From Leptogorgia sarmentosa (Eukaryota): a stretch of 64,000 nucleotides of DNA. The stretch spans positions 15,314,001 to 15,378,000 of the forward strand of contig OZ210885.1 of assembly GCA_964658305.1 (NCBI GenBank), in the 5' to 3' direction. The notes beneath the pieces were generated by a model. That model did not search any database, had not been told where the DNA came from, and saw nothing but the letters and a program-made list of their open reading frames with translations. This document shows positions 36,177-48,534 of the stretch, in pieces. The position numbers were made by a program, and so were the translations under genes. Every line of letters begins with the position of its first letter. Position 1 is the first letter of the stretch.

Positions 36177-36380
36177 CAGGCGATTAAAATTCAGTTAAAT
36201 ATGATTACGTGATGAGTGAGTTTAAAAAGGTTAAGCGCGTAGATTGAGTTATCGATTGCGCGCGCAGATTGAATTATGGATTGCGCGTGCCTAAATGGGG
36301 AGCTAAGACGGAACGGAGATATGCGAATTGGTTGTCTATTCATCTTAGATAAGCTTTCAGAAAAGCTTGGTAATGAATAT

Positions 36381-36953
36381 TGTTATATCTCGCTTAGCCC
36401 TCCTGTTTCAACGCAACGTTTTACAAAACTTTCAGAGACACACTACCAAAACTTTTTATTTTGCTTCCTTATATACAAGTTACACACCAAATTTCACACC
36501 ATAATTACAATAATAATACAATATATACATACATAATTACTCTTAATAGCACGCAACATCACTCCCCCTCCAAAATGTCTTCGACCCGAAGACATTCCAA
36601 CAGTCTTCCTAATTAAACAAGTTCCAATCTATCAGGGGGTCGTCTGTGTCTCTTACTCCTCCACAAATTTGATTGTTCTAATATTTCTTCCTCTGGTATT
36701 TGCTCCACATGCGACATTGAACCACCAACAGGTTGTCTTTCAATAACCTCGCTAATTTCGGGTTGTTGGTCTACTGGGACTTCATACTCGGTTGGGCCTG
36801 AAACTTTCAACCAGGTTTGAGGATGTTGTCCAATGTATTTCCGCAAACGATTTCGATGAACCGTAGTAGGTTTACTACGGGCTCCCGACTGAAGTTTATA
36901 AACAAGATCATTAATTCTCTTTACTACGGTAAACGGTCCCTTCCAATAGCGTT
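36381..36953 (-). mobile_element. Duplicated Gypsy 3' LTR (36381-36558) plus integrase C-terminal fragment, created by the tandem duplication
   Basis: Same sequence as 39893-40465; truncated at the duplication junction. Confidence 0.93.
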
Positions 36954-38555
36954 AGCGTCTTAGCATCCTTCAATTTCCAGATGTGTTTGGAAAGTTCCGT
37001 TTCTGTCACGTATTTCTTGTTCCTGAAGGATTGCATGTGGTTTCGGTAGCGTGGTTTGAATTTGTCGGCGGTAACTCCGATATATGTGGCAGTTGTATTG
37101 TCGTCCGTGGTGGTGACTTCGGCTTTGTATACCACGCTTTTTGTTAGGCATTTACCTTCTGTCGGGCACTCGTTTGGTTTTCTGCAGTTACACTGTCGCA
37201 TATTGTTTGCGTTGTTGTTAGTTGGTTTGTTGTGTTTGTTCAGGATTTTCTTGTTGTGTCTGTTTATGAACGTTTTCATGTTGTCAAGACAGCTGTGTAA
37301 CTAATTCGTACGTTATGTTGGTTGAAGATTTTGTGTAGCTTGTTGGACGTTATGAAGTGTTTGTCGATTAGTTGTAGGAATCGCTGCCCAATGTTCGTTT
37401 TAATGTTTTTACTGTAAGGGGGGTTGTACCATATCATGTTACATTGTCTGTTTCGTCTCTGTGTTCCGTTGTCGGTGTTATCCTCGTTAGTGATTTGTTC
37501 GTATGTTAGGGTTGTGTCAAAATTACTTTGTTTTAGAGTGTTGTTGTACAGGGGGGCTGTTGCGTTGAATGTTTGTTTGTTGCATGACAGTTTGTTGATG
37601 CGTTTGTTGATGGCTGAGGGTAGTTGTCGTGTAATGGCAGGTGGGTGGTTTGACAATCGGTTGATGTGGAGGGGGTCGTCCTTTGGGTTTCTGTAGGGCT
37701 TGTATGTTCCATCGGTCAGGTCGAGGGTCACGTCTAGGAAGTTTACCCGCTTCAGGTTAGCCGTTGTGACGATCTTGAGGCCAAACTTGTTTAGGGTTTC
37801 TATCAATTCTTTTCTCGATTTATCAGCCAGTCTTCCGGATGTTGTTGATGGCAGCCAAGCCGTCGTCACGGTATAGACCAACGTTGCTTCCGAAGCGTTT
37901 TTCCAAAGTGTTGAGGATGTACAGCCCGACAAGTTCACATATCTTTGCACCGTCAAAGCTGCCCATGGTTACATCGAATGTGTTTACCGAGTTCTTCTTT
38001 GCCCAGAATAAATCGAATGATAAATTAAAACGAACATTGGGCAGCGATTCATACAACTAATCGACAAACACTTCCCAACGTCCAACAAGCTACACAAAAT
38101 CTTCAACCGACATAACGTACGAATTAGTTACAGCTGTCTTGACAACATGAAAACGTTCATAAACAGACACAACAAGAAAATCCTGAACAAACACAACAAA
38201 CCAACTAACAACATCAAGTGGTCACTGATTAATAAGGTGCCCGCCTATAAAGCCGGCTCAAGAAAATGCAACCTATGTCTCGAGAAAAAACTAATCATCA
38301 TGAAGCAAAAGAACAGGGAACTTTCAAACAAACGAACAGAACTATTCACGAAATGTAGACATGAAACTCAACACCTAATATCACGATGTAAATAGAGTGT
38401 AATTTTACCTAGTTGCTTAGTCGCCTTAGCGCGTGAAACTTGGAGTAGCAACCGCAAATTCACTAGATAAATAATTATTATTCGCTCTACCTATGGTATT
38501 GAGCGCTCTTATACCTTTCGCCAACACTGTGACTACTGTGTTACAGCCGATTCCT

Positions 38556-38592
<37 letters not shown>

Positions 38593-38667
38593 CAATTTTA
38601 TTGAATTATCTTAAAACAAATTTATCGCTACTTAAAGTTTCATGCCAGTATCTCTGACAATCATCAG

Positions 38668-39688
38668 GGGCCGGTTGTACGAAAGGCGTTTAACTTAAAC
38701 GGCGTTTAAGCATTATCCAACGTATAAATTTCCTATCCAGCGGTAGTTAACTAGCGGATAAAATCGTGTTGCACGAAGCCCGTTTAGGATCGCGTTTAAC
38801 TATACGATGGATAAACTTAAATTTACCCGCAAAAACCGGATTTTCCAGTATTTGTGCACCTCAACTTGGTACTTGGGGGAACTTGAGGGTAAAATGTTGC
38901 AGATTTCACACTCGTATAACATCACGCTTCATGAAATTCGAAAACAACGGTTATTTTTAATTAATTTTACAACAACTTCAACATTTTATTCCTTGTCCTT
39001 GACCTTGAATTTTGTTGAAAACAATTTTTCGAACATTTTCTGTCATGTTTTGATTGGCTTAACAAAGTCGCACCGAGCGAACAAAGTTCTTTTCGAATTT
39101 TGGGCTTTTGGCGTCTTTTTGTTTGTGTATTTATGTACGTTATAATATTTGGTCGTCTACAGCGATTGTTCATTCAGAATGGCTTTAAGTTGGAGTTTTA
39201 CAGCTATTATTAAACACGATATAATAAGTCTGATTGTCTGAAGCGGGAAAGTCAAAGAATATAACGTATAAACACGCTGGAAACTCGTGCGTTATGAAAA
39301 TATAGCAAAGTCGCAGCCTTCTATTCATTTTCGAGGTTACTTCAGTTTACCTCAAGACAAGTTAGACAACAAAAGTCGATGGTGAGTGTTCACTTGACTT
39401 CTTTTTGTCCATTGTAGTAAAGACAGTCCCCCCTTTCTGTCACAATTCTCCTTCGTTAATCCGAAATCCTCATTAGTATGTTTTGAAATGTTAATTTATC
39501 CGCCGGATAGTGAGTTAAACGGTCTCATGAGACCGTTTAACTTTATCCATCGTTTAGCCAAAATTTAACCAGTGGATAGCGCTAAACGGGCTTCGTACAA
39601 CGCAATTTCTCAATCGTTTAAATTTTATCCGGCGGATAGCGAGTTAAACAGTGTATAGCGACTTAAACGCCTTTCGTACAACCGGCCC
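38668..39688. mobile_element. PIF/Harbinger-type MITE (copy 2, from the tandem duplication)
   Basis: Same TIRs and CAG TSD as 35156-36176. Confidence 0.92.
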
Positions 39689-40124
39689 CAGGCGATTAAA
39701 ATTCAGTTAAATATGATTACGTGATGAGTGAGTTTAAAAAGGTTAAGCGCGTAGATTGAGTTATCGATTGCGCGCGCAGATTGAATTATGGATTGCGCGT
39801 GCCTAAATGGGGAGCTAAGACGGAACGGAGATATGCGAATTGGTTGTCTATTCATCTTAGATAAGCTTTCAGAAAAGCTTGGTAATGAATATTGTTATAT
39901 CTCGCTTAGCCCTCCTGTTTCAACGCAACGTTTTACAAAACTTTCAGAGACACACTACCAAAACTTTTTATTTTGCTTCCTTATATACAAGTTACACACC
40001 AAATTTCACACCATAATTACAATAATAATACAATATATACATACATAATTACTCTTAATAGCACGCAACATCACTCCCCCTCCAAAATGTCTTCGACCCG
40101 AAGACATTCCAACAGTCTTCCTAA

Positions 40125-43100
40125 TTAAACAAGTTCCAATCTATCAGGGGGTCGTCTGTGTCTCTTACTCCTCCACAAATTTGATTGTTCTAATATTTCT
40201 TCCTCTGGTATTTGCTCCACATGCGACATTGAACCACCAACAGGTTGTCTTTCAATAACCTCGCTAATTTCGGGTTGTTGGTCTACTGGGACTTCATACT
40301 CGGTTGGGCCTGAAACTTTCAACCAGGTTTGAGGATGTTGTCCAATGTATTTCCGCAAACGATTTCGATGAACCGTAGTAGGTTTACTACGGGCTCCCGA
40401 CTGAAGTTTATAAACAAGATCATTAATTCTCTTTACTACGGTAAACGGTCCCTTCCAATAGCGTTGGAATTTTGGTGATAAACCTTTCCTTTTCTGAGGG
40501 GTGTACAACCACACATTGTCTCCTACTTCAAAGCAAACTTTCGACGAATCAATGTCATACTGGTTTTTCATTCTCTCGCTTGATAAACGAAGCCGGTTTC
40601 GTGCAAATTGATGAGTTAACTCCAAGCTTTCTGTTAATTGTTTCGCAAACTTGGATCTATAGTTGTTCTCACATTCCGGTGGTTGTCCATACATCAAGTC
40701 GACTGGTATCCGCAACTCATGGCCCATCATCAACCTTGCAGGCATCTGCCCCGTTGACTCGTGAACAGCCGTTCTGTATGCCATCAACACCGTGTGTAAA
40801 TGCTCGTCCCAATCGCTGTGGTTTTCATTCACGAACATAGAGAGTTGGGTAGCCAACGTACGATTATATCTTTCAACCATCCCATCGGATTGGGGATGGT
40901 AAGGAGTGGTTCTTGTTTTATTGATTCCCAAAATTTCACATATTTCTTTGATCAATTCTGACTCAAAATTACGACCCTGGTCAGAATGTAGTTCTAATGG
41001 TGTACCAAATCTGCATATGAGTTCTCGTACAAGGACGGTGGCCACTGTTTTAGCTTCCTAGTCCGGCAGCGCATAGGCTTCTGGCCACTTGGTAAAATAG
41101 TCCATTGCCACTAATAGATATCTGTTACCATGGTTCGTAACAGGCAACGGGCCCATTATATCTACAGCAATTCTTTCCATTGGAGCTCCTACATTATACA
41201 ATTTCAGAGGACCCTTTGGCTTTCGCTGTGGACCCTTCTTCACAGAACACTCGTCGCAATTTTCACACCATTGCTTCACATCAAACCAACAGCTAGGCCA
41301 ATAAAACCTCTGCTTTAGTCGCTGTAACGTCTTGCTAACACCGAAATGTCCAGATGTTTCTGTACCGTGTAGTTGTGCCAACACTTCATCTCGAAGTCTC
41401 TTTGGAATAATTCATTGATAACGAGACTCGGCTGCGGTCATTCCTTCCCACAACCGATATAAGCAACCTTCATGAACTCGTAAACTATCCCATTGGGCCC
41501 ATAAAATCTTTGTATTTCTACTGCAGGGTGCTACCACAGACCAATCAGGCCGTCCATTCTGGCTCTCAATCCAACCAAAAATTACACTGAGATCTTCATC
41601 CAGTCTTTGAAATTCCTCAATACCACCAAACTTCGGGATATTTTCCTGGGCGGGACTGTTTCCTTTGTTCAACGTAGCAATACAAGTTTGAAGCATGTTC
41701 TGTTTCTCTCCAATTGTCACTAGGTCTGTTGCATTTTCTTCATCGAGCTTTTGGCAGGCTCTGCAACCGGATAATAAGCAAGGTCAACGTGACAAAGCAT
41801 CAGCATTCAGGTGATTTTTCCCTGCTCGGTGAATTACATCAAAGTCATATTGCTGCAGCTTTTGTAACCAACGTGCAAGCTGACCTTGTACATTTCTGAA
41901 TGACATCAGCCATTGTGAAGCCGAGTGATCAGTTCGGATTACAAATTTTTGTCCATATAGGAGTAGTTAAATTGTTCGGTTGCAGCAATACGAGCGAGAA
42001 GTTCTTTACGTGTCACGCAGTAATTCTTTTCAGCTTTACTCAACGATCTACTGAAGTAACCAAGAACACGCTCTTGACCATCCTGTACTTGTGATAGCAC
42101 AGCTCCCAATCCCGTGTTCGATGCGTCTGTATCCAAAATAAACACTCCCCCCGGACAGGGATATGTGAGTACTGGTGCCGACGTCAGACGTTCCTTTAAA
42201 GTATCGAACGCGGTCTGACATTCTTCACTCCATTCAAACGGAACTCCTTTAGTCAATAGTTGGTTTAGTGGGAAAGCTATTCGAGCAAACAATTTTACAA
42301 ATCGTCGGTAATACGAACAAAATCCAAGAAATGATCTTACTTCTGCCACGTTTCGGGGAATAGGCCACTTTTCCACCGCTTCAGTCTTGCTTGGGTCGGT
42401 CTGAATACCATCTCGGCTGACTCTATGTCCAAGGTAGTTCACTTGTCCTTGAAAGAGTAAGCATTTCTTCGCGTTTAATTTCAGGTTAGCGCCCCGTAAG
42501 CTACTGAATATTTCTCGAAGACGATCGAGTTCATCCTGAAAGGACTGTGCGTGCACAATTATATCATCAAGATATACTAAGCATGTTGTCCATGGCAGTC
42601 CAACTAGCACCTGCTCCATAAGCCGTTCGAAGGTTGCGGGAGCGTTACTTAAACCAAACGGCATGACGAGAAATTGCCAAAGGCCTTGCCCGGTGGTAAA
42701 CGCTGTTTTCTCCTTATCTTCGGCATCAATTTCCACTTGCCAATAGCCACTCTTAAGGTCTAAGGTGGAAAACCACATTGATCCGTAAAATGATTGTAAA
42801 GAGGTGTCCACTCGGGGAAGGGGGTAGGAATCTTTCTTGGTTATAGCGTTCAGCTTCCTATAATCTACGCAGAAGCGAGTGCCTCCATCCTTCTTGCGTA
42901 CCAACACTACTGGTGACGCCCAAGGACTGTGCGAAGGTTATATAATACCCTGTTCTCTCATTAGTCAAATCGTGTTTGCAGTTTCTTCTCTCCTCGCCAT
43001 TGGTGTGACTCTTGTTGGTTGTCGTATAGGCGAGCTATTTCCAACGTCAATCTTGTGCTTCGTTAATCCTGTCCGTCCTAAATCACTGTCGTTTTTGGAA

Positions 43101-43946
43101 AATACATCCTGGAATTCCACCAAAAGATCTTTCAACTGGTTTTGCTGAACATCATCTAGATTACTTTTGCTGCGCTCAAATAAGTCCTGTAGATGCATGG
43201 GAATGTTTGACTTCTCTTCGCTCAAACTTGCGTTCTTTTCGGATTGTTTATGTCCTTGTTCTGCACCAACAACACATTCCACAGGCTCTACACTTGCTAC
43301 TTCCATTCCCTTCCTCACTCTTCTCGACTGATTAGAAACGTTCATGACTCGAACTGGAACGCCATCCGCCGATCTCAAATCAACAAGTGTTCCTCCAACT
43401 AACACATTCTGCAGTTGGTTTAATTTCTGTGCAGGACCAACCGTTCCCCATGTTGAAGATACTTCTTCATCTAGTTTTCCAGGAATCAGAAACTCACTTC
43501 TGGCAGGAATAACTACTGTGTCCGCAGCAACCACTCTACAGCATCTCTTCTCTCCTTTGGTAGACGCCCGAACCAATGGAATTTCCTGTGACCCAATGCG
43601 CACAGTACCGCCGGCTATGTCTACATGACAGTCATGTGCCATTAGAAAGTCCAAACCAATAATACATGGGTCCGCTATTTCAGCAAGCCATACTTCTTGA
43701 CTTGTTTCAAAGAACCCAAGACGTTTGTTCTATAGCCGTTCCAGCAATAACGTCCGGTCTAACTATCGTAATGTTCGATCCAGTGTCTATAACGAGTTGA
43801 CAAGGAATGCCTTCTATCTTTCCATTCACTTGCAGGCTGTCTACCGATGAGTACATGTTTCCAGTCTTTAAAACGAACGGCAGGGCCTCTTTAGCTATCG
43901 TTCCTGCTGATGTTCGCCCCCTAACATCAGCTTCTTCCCGTTTCCC
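40125..43946 (-). pseudogene. Gypsy pol (protease, RT, RNase H, integrase), broken by stops and frameshifts
   Basis: VIDTGS; FCVDYRKLN, LDLKSGYWQ, MPFGL, YLDD; LDTDAS, NYCVTRKELL; H...GHFG...CDEC; DIMGP, HSDQGRNF, YHPQSDGMVER; split over at least 6 ORFs. Confidence 0.93.
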
Positions 43947-45400
43947 GAATCTCCAAATGGTGATTTGCTCTGTTCTTTCTTCGGCTGTACATCTTTTTTC
44001 GACTTTCTCGGACTTCGAGGTGGTGTATTTTGAGGACAATCTCTTCGGAGGTGCCCGGGTTTGCCACATCTCCAACAGCCACTCTTCCCTTTCTTATCTT
44101 GTTGTCTTCGACGCCGACCCACTGCTACTCTGAAGTCATTCACGCATTCTCGTAACGACTTTTCAAGGCGTTCTAATACTGCATACAACGGCTGGACTTC
44201 TTTCTCCTCCTTTGGCTCCAATTGTTGACCCGCTCGACTGTCTTCGAATTTCGTTTCCGGAGCCATCCTGTATTGTCGTTGATTGCTCGCTAACTGGAAA
44301 GACTCTAGTTCCATTGCCAGTTCTAGGGCATGTTGTAACGATTGTGGTCTTTCTTGCTTCACCCTCAATCGCATATCAGCGTCTGGGAGTCCATCAATAA
44401 ACTGATCACGACTCAACACATTCTGCAGGTTACCAGGTGCTTCGGGGTAAGCCAATCTACCCAGCCTTTCAAGGTCTTCAGCCATCGCTGCCAGGCTTTC
44501 ATCTTTCTGCTTAACTCGATGCTTAAAACGGACACGTGCCAACTCCGTCCGATGTGTCGAACCATACCGGGTTTCTAACGCAGCCACCAATTCTCCATAA
44601 TTTTGACGGCAATCAGCAAGTAAATTTCCCAAGACATTCAACGCTGGTCCTTTAAGGCTCGTCGCCAAATACGCCGCTTTTTGCTGCTCATTCTAGTCAT
44701 TTAATTCTGCCGTGATCTCAAACTGTGCGTGATATGACTCCCAAAGAGAATCTCCGTTATACGTTCCTGGTCGTTGTACTGGTCGCGACGTTTCTGTAGC
44801 TGTCTTTCCGTCTACGGCGGTAGAATTAATTCTCGGTAAACTCGGTAATCTCCGACGACTGTCGACAGGCGTTTCAGGGGAAACTCCTCCAGTTCTAACA
44901 CACTGTGACTGTTTGGTTTGGACTCCGAATTTCGGTCCGTCTGCTTTAATATATACGCTTTTCAATATATGCAAATCACTTCGCTGTTGTGCAATTTCAC
45001 GCTTGAGAAATTCAGTATCTTGTTCAAATTTGTCCTGCATTTCGCGACTCACTTCTGTAAGAAGTTCGGTTAGCACTGTCTGATACCTTTCTAACGATTC
45101 CCACATATGTGTACGACTTTCTAATGCATTTAAACGTTTCTCGAATTCAACAGTTAACGACTCTACTTTATCTAATCGCACACACACTTCGCTCAATTTA
45201 TCTTCGACTAGAACATGATGTATTTCAGCCCGTTCCGCTTCCTTCGATTGTGCTACTCTCTGTTCGTTAACTGTCGCTTGCAGCTCATCAAACTTTTGAT
45301 AGATTGGTTCCATCCAAGCTAAATCATCGTCCATATCGACATCCCGTGGATATTCATCGCCTCTCCCTACTCGAACGCCTATTTCAATATCATTATCGCC
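43895..45400 (-). pseudogene. Gypsy gag with one in-frame stop (44693-95)
   Basis: PGTYNGDSLWESY..QFE, RDQFIDGL, CWRCGKPGHLRRDC; slippery G GGA AAC at 43946-43940 in the gag/pol overlap. Confidence 0.88.
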
Positions 45401-45452
45401 GTGTACCGACATTTCAAAACGACTGGTACAACAATACTGTCTATTAACACGA

Positions 45453-45469
45453 TCCTGGCGGGGTCGCCA
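45453..45469 (-). other. Gypsy primer-binding site, tRNA-Arg-like
   Basis: - strand TGGCGACCCCGCCAGGA lies 2 nt inside the 5' LTR boundary. Its complement TCCTGGCGGGGTCGCCA resembles a eukaryotic tRNA-Arg 3' end plus CCA. Confidence 0.75.
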
Positions 45470-46829
45470 AATGTTATATCTCGCTTAGCCCTCCTGTTTC
45501 AACGCAACGTTTTACAAAACTTTCAGAGACACACTACCAAAACTTTTTATTTTGCTTCCTTATATACAAGTTACACACCAAATTTCACACCATAATTACA
45601 ATAATAATACAATATATACATACATAATTACTCTTAATAGCACGCAACAATATGTTGGTCTGTACCGAGACGATGGTCTAGGTTTGATAAAAGGCACAAA
45701 CGGACGTAACACTGATATCACTAGAAAGATGCTACATGATGTTTTCCAACAAATCAGCTTAAAAATTACAGCACAAGTCAACCATCAACTAGTTAACTTC
45801 TTGGATATCACATTAAATTTAAACAACGGTAGTTTCACTCCTTTTAGAAAAGCAAACCACAATCCACTATATGTAAACAACAAATGAAAACACCCTCCCT
45901 CCGTAATAAGACAAATCCCAAAATCAGTTAACCAGCGACTCTCCCCACTCTCATCCGACCAGCAGTCCTTCGATTCATGTAAACCATTTTACGAACACGC
46001 ACTTACACACAGTAATTACAACTTTTCTTTGGAATACTCCAATTGTAACCCCACAACAATATCATCCACCACGAAACGCAGACGCCAAAGGAATATCATC
46101 TGGTATAATCCACCATTCAGTAAATCTGTAAAAACAAACATCGCACGAAGCTTCTTACAACTCCTCGACAAGCACTTCCCAACCGCAAATCTTCTACACA
46201 AGATGTTTAATCGTAATACCGTAAAAGTTAGTTACAGCTGTATGCCCAACATGAAGAGCATTATATCTCGACACAACACAAAATCCTATCAAAATCCAAA
46301 ACAACACCAAACCAGAATAATTGTAACTGTACAAAACCCTCTGAGTGCCCAATGAACAGAAATTGTTTATCTGCTAGCATCGTTTATAAAGCCGAAGTTT
46401 CAACTTGTGATACTGGAGATAGGAAAGAATACATCGGAATGACGGCAAATTCGTTCAAGGAAAGATTCAATAACCACAAGAAGTCATTCAACAATGAAAA
46501 ATATGAAAAGGAAACGGAATTGTCGAAGTATATATGGAAATTAAAGAAAAACAAAAAAGATTACTCAGTTTCGTGGTCCATATTGAAGCGTGCACCTGCC
46601 TTTTAACCTGGAAGAAAGCGATGCAATCTTTGCATTGAGGAGAAGTTGTGCCTGATGCAAGGTAATGCAACCAAATTGTTGAAGAAACGATCAGAAATCT
46701 TCACGAATTGCCGCCACCGCAAGAAGTTTTGTGCAGGAAACTTCAGGCACGCGCAATCCATTACTCGATCTGCGGGCGCTTAACCTTTTTAAACTCACTC
46801 ATCACATAATCATATTTAACTGAATTTTA

Positions 46830-46878
46830 ATCGCCTGATGATTGTCAGAGATACTGGCATGAAACTTTAAGTAGCGAT
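46830..46878 (+). ncRNA. Minimal type I hammerhead ribozyme in Penelope B 3' region
   Basis: atcgc CTGATGA t tgtcag-agata-ctggca t GAAAC tttaa GTA gcgat: intact core, stem I atcgc/gcgat, stem II tgtcag/ctggca, tiny stem III. Confidence 0.85.
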
Positions 46879-46977
46879 AAATTTGTTTTAAGATAATTTA
46901 ATAAAATTGTTAAATAGCTCTGCTAAATATTTTTGGTATTGAGCACTCTTGTATCTTGTACGAAAAATCAAATAAAG

Positions 46978-47024
<47 letters not shown>

Positions 47025-47102
47025 GATAAAGTTTTGGTTAACAAAACGCCAAAAGAATGCTCGATACCATATAGATAGGGCAAATAGTATAGTTTGGCCT
47101 CA

Positions 47103-47367
47103 AAAAGGTGCCACTACAGCCTGTTTCATCCAAAAGGAATCATCAGATGGCTGACAACTTTCGAAAAGTTTGCTGCGTATAAGTGTTAAGCATCCTGTGC
47201 TGGTATAGGAATGTTTTTCAATGAATAGTCGAATCGAAATTGTCTCATGTTTTAAGGTGAAATGTATATTCCGAAAACAACAGTGCACAACCGATATACG
47301 GGTGATATAACCGATATTCCTTTTGGATGATTCCTTTTGGATGAAACAGGCTGTAGTGGCACCTTTT
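47103..47367. mobile_element. MITE-like element with ~42-bp terminal inverted repeats
   Basis: aaaaggtgccactacagcctgtttcatccaaaaggaatcatc at 47103 and its reverse complement ending at 47367. Confidence 0.7.
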
Positions 47368-47458
47368 ACAAGTATATTAATTTTACGATAGTCCGGACGA
47401 ATTACTTTAGGTTATAAGGAAAATCGTACCTACAATACCAGTAGGATGGTCGAATAGT

Positions 47459-47672
47459 TGAAATAGTAATCTTCAAAACAATTGAAGTTGTATCACAGGT
47501 ATAATATGTTTTCACAAAAGATCTCCATGATATATACATGTACCCTTGTCAATCGGTATGTGTGTGTTTGTATATATCGTGACAAGGGTACATGTATATA
47601 TCACGGAGATCTTTTGTGAAAACATATTATACCTGTGATACAACTTCAATTGTTTTGAAGATTACTATTTCA
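47459..47672. repeat. Near-perfect palindrome, 93-bp arms, 28-nt spacer
   Basis: 47459-47551 is the reverse complement of 47580-47672 with one mismatch; it abuts a (TA)n tract. Confidence 0.93.
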
Positions 47673-47778
47673 TATATATATATATATATATACATATACT
47701 GAATCTATAACAATAGTATATAATACATTGCCCTTACTTGGACCTTGGTATATATTAATATATTAGTAAGATGTGTAC

Positions 47779-48042
47779 CTTCACGATTTCAATTTTCTTG
47801 TCCCTTTTAATTTTACTTAAGCGTTCATTTTTCTTCCTTTTAATATTTTTGAACGAGGATGTATCAGCATTGTAACTGCTTCCACCGGCTTCACTCTTCT
47901 TCTCTAAGTACTCTTTAAAACGTAGCGGTTGCTGACCAGTTGAGGACGAAGGCAAAGATTTATTCTCTGACACACTTGCTCCAGAACTCTTGCAAAAATT
48001 GGCATTTTTGTCATTCTCTTGCCCACAATGCAAACAAATCAT
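47779..48042 (-). CDS. Orphan first exon encoding a zinc-ribbon-like N-terminus
   Basis: MICLHCGQENDKNANFCKSSG (CxxCG...FCxx[C]G, last Cys lost); 88 codons, then donor AAG|GTACAC; no downstream exon found. Confidence 0.5.
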
Positions 48043-48534
48043 CTTCGTCTGTTTATTACCATGTGGCGGAATATTATAGCTCAGTGGCCGGAACAGAAAT
48101 ATCTCTGATAAAACCGATCGCCCTCATTCGTTTTGGACGTTACCATACCATATGTTATGTAAAACTAATGTAATGATGAATGTTCTAACGTTTGAATTTT
48201 GTATGCGTGTATTGAGTTTTGTTTGCGTGTATTGAGTTTTGTATGCATGTATTTGAATTTGTGTGCATGTTTGTACTGATGGGCCACTGTGTGTTTATGC
48301 CATCCGAGGAGAAGTGACCCTGGTAAAATATGTTGAACATTCCAAGATTCTTGGAATCTTATCGCATGCACCGTAGAGTCAAAGTATGTTGCTGACTGAA
48401 TTCAGTGCTGGCATGTATGAACTTTTTGCATTGATATTCACATTGATTCTTTTGATGTTTTCTTTCTAAATTTTTAGTGAATTTTAGTAGTTTACGCTAA
48501 CAATATTTAATAAATATGTTCGAACAATTTACAA

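Larger units (their letters stand above)
33446..40465. repeat. Near-perfect tandem segmental duplication (33446-36953 and 36958-40465; period 3512 bp)
   Basis: The same ORF set recurs at an offset of 3512. Only about 3 substitutions were seen by eye. A 4-nt insert AGCG sits at the junction. Confidence 0.97.
39893..45649 (-). mobile_element. Full-length Ty3/Gypsy LTR retrotransposon; 178-bp LTRs 39893-40070 and 45472-45649
   Basis: TG...CA LTRs that look identical by eye; 4-bp TSD ATAT (39889-92, 45650-53); polypurine tract next to 40070; tRNA-type primer site next to 45472. Confidence 0.96.
38592..46979 (+). mobile_element. Penelope-like element family B: inverted 3'-end copy (-; ~38592-39805, duplicate ~35080-36293) joined to a 5'-truncated + copy (RT C-terminus plus GIY-YIG) split by the Gypsy insertion
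   Basis: DGTEICEL..LFILDKLSEKLGNEY lies left of the Gypsy and VGLYRDDGL...VNFLDITL...WYNPPFS...YIGMT..FKERFNNH right of it. Stops and frameshifts are present. The element ends at (TA)n 46980-47023. Confidence 0.9.

Noticed and set aside
45453..45469. tRNA-like 3' end with CCA
   Set aside because: Only 17 nt with no cloverleaf; it is the Gypsy primer-binding site, not a tRNA gene.
48140..48290. ~20-bp subterminal-like repeats (tgcgtgtattgagttttgt) suggesting a DNA transposon end
   Set aside because: No partner terminus or TSD was found, so the family cannot be assigned.
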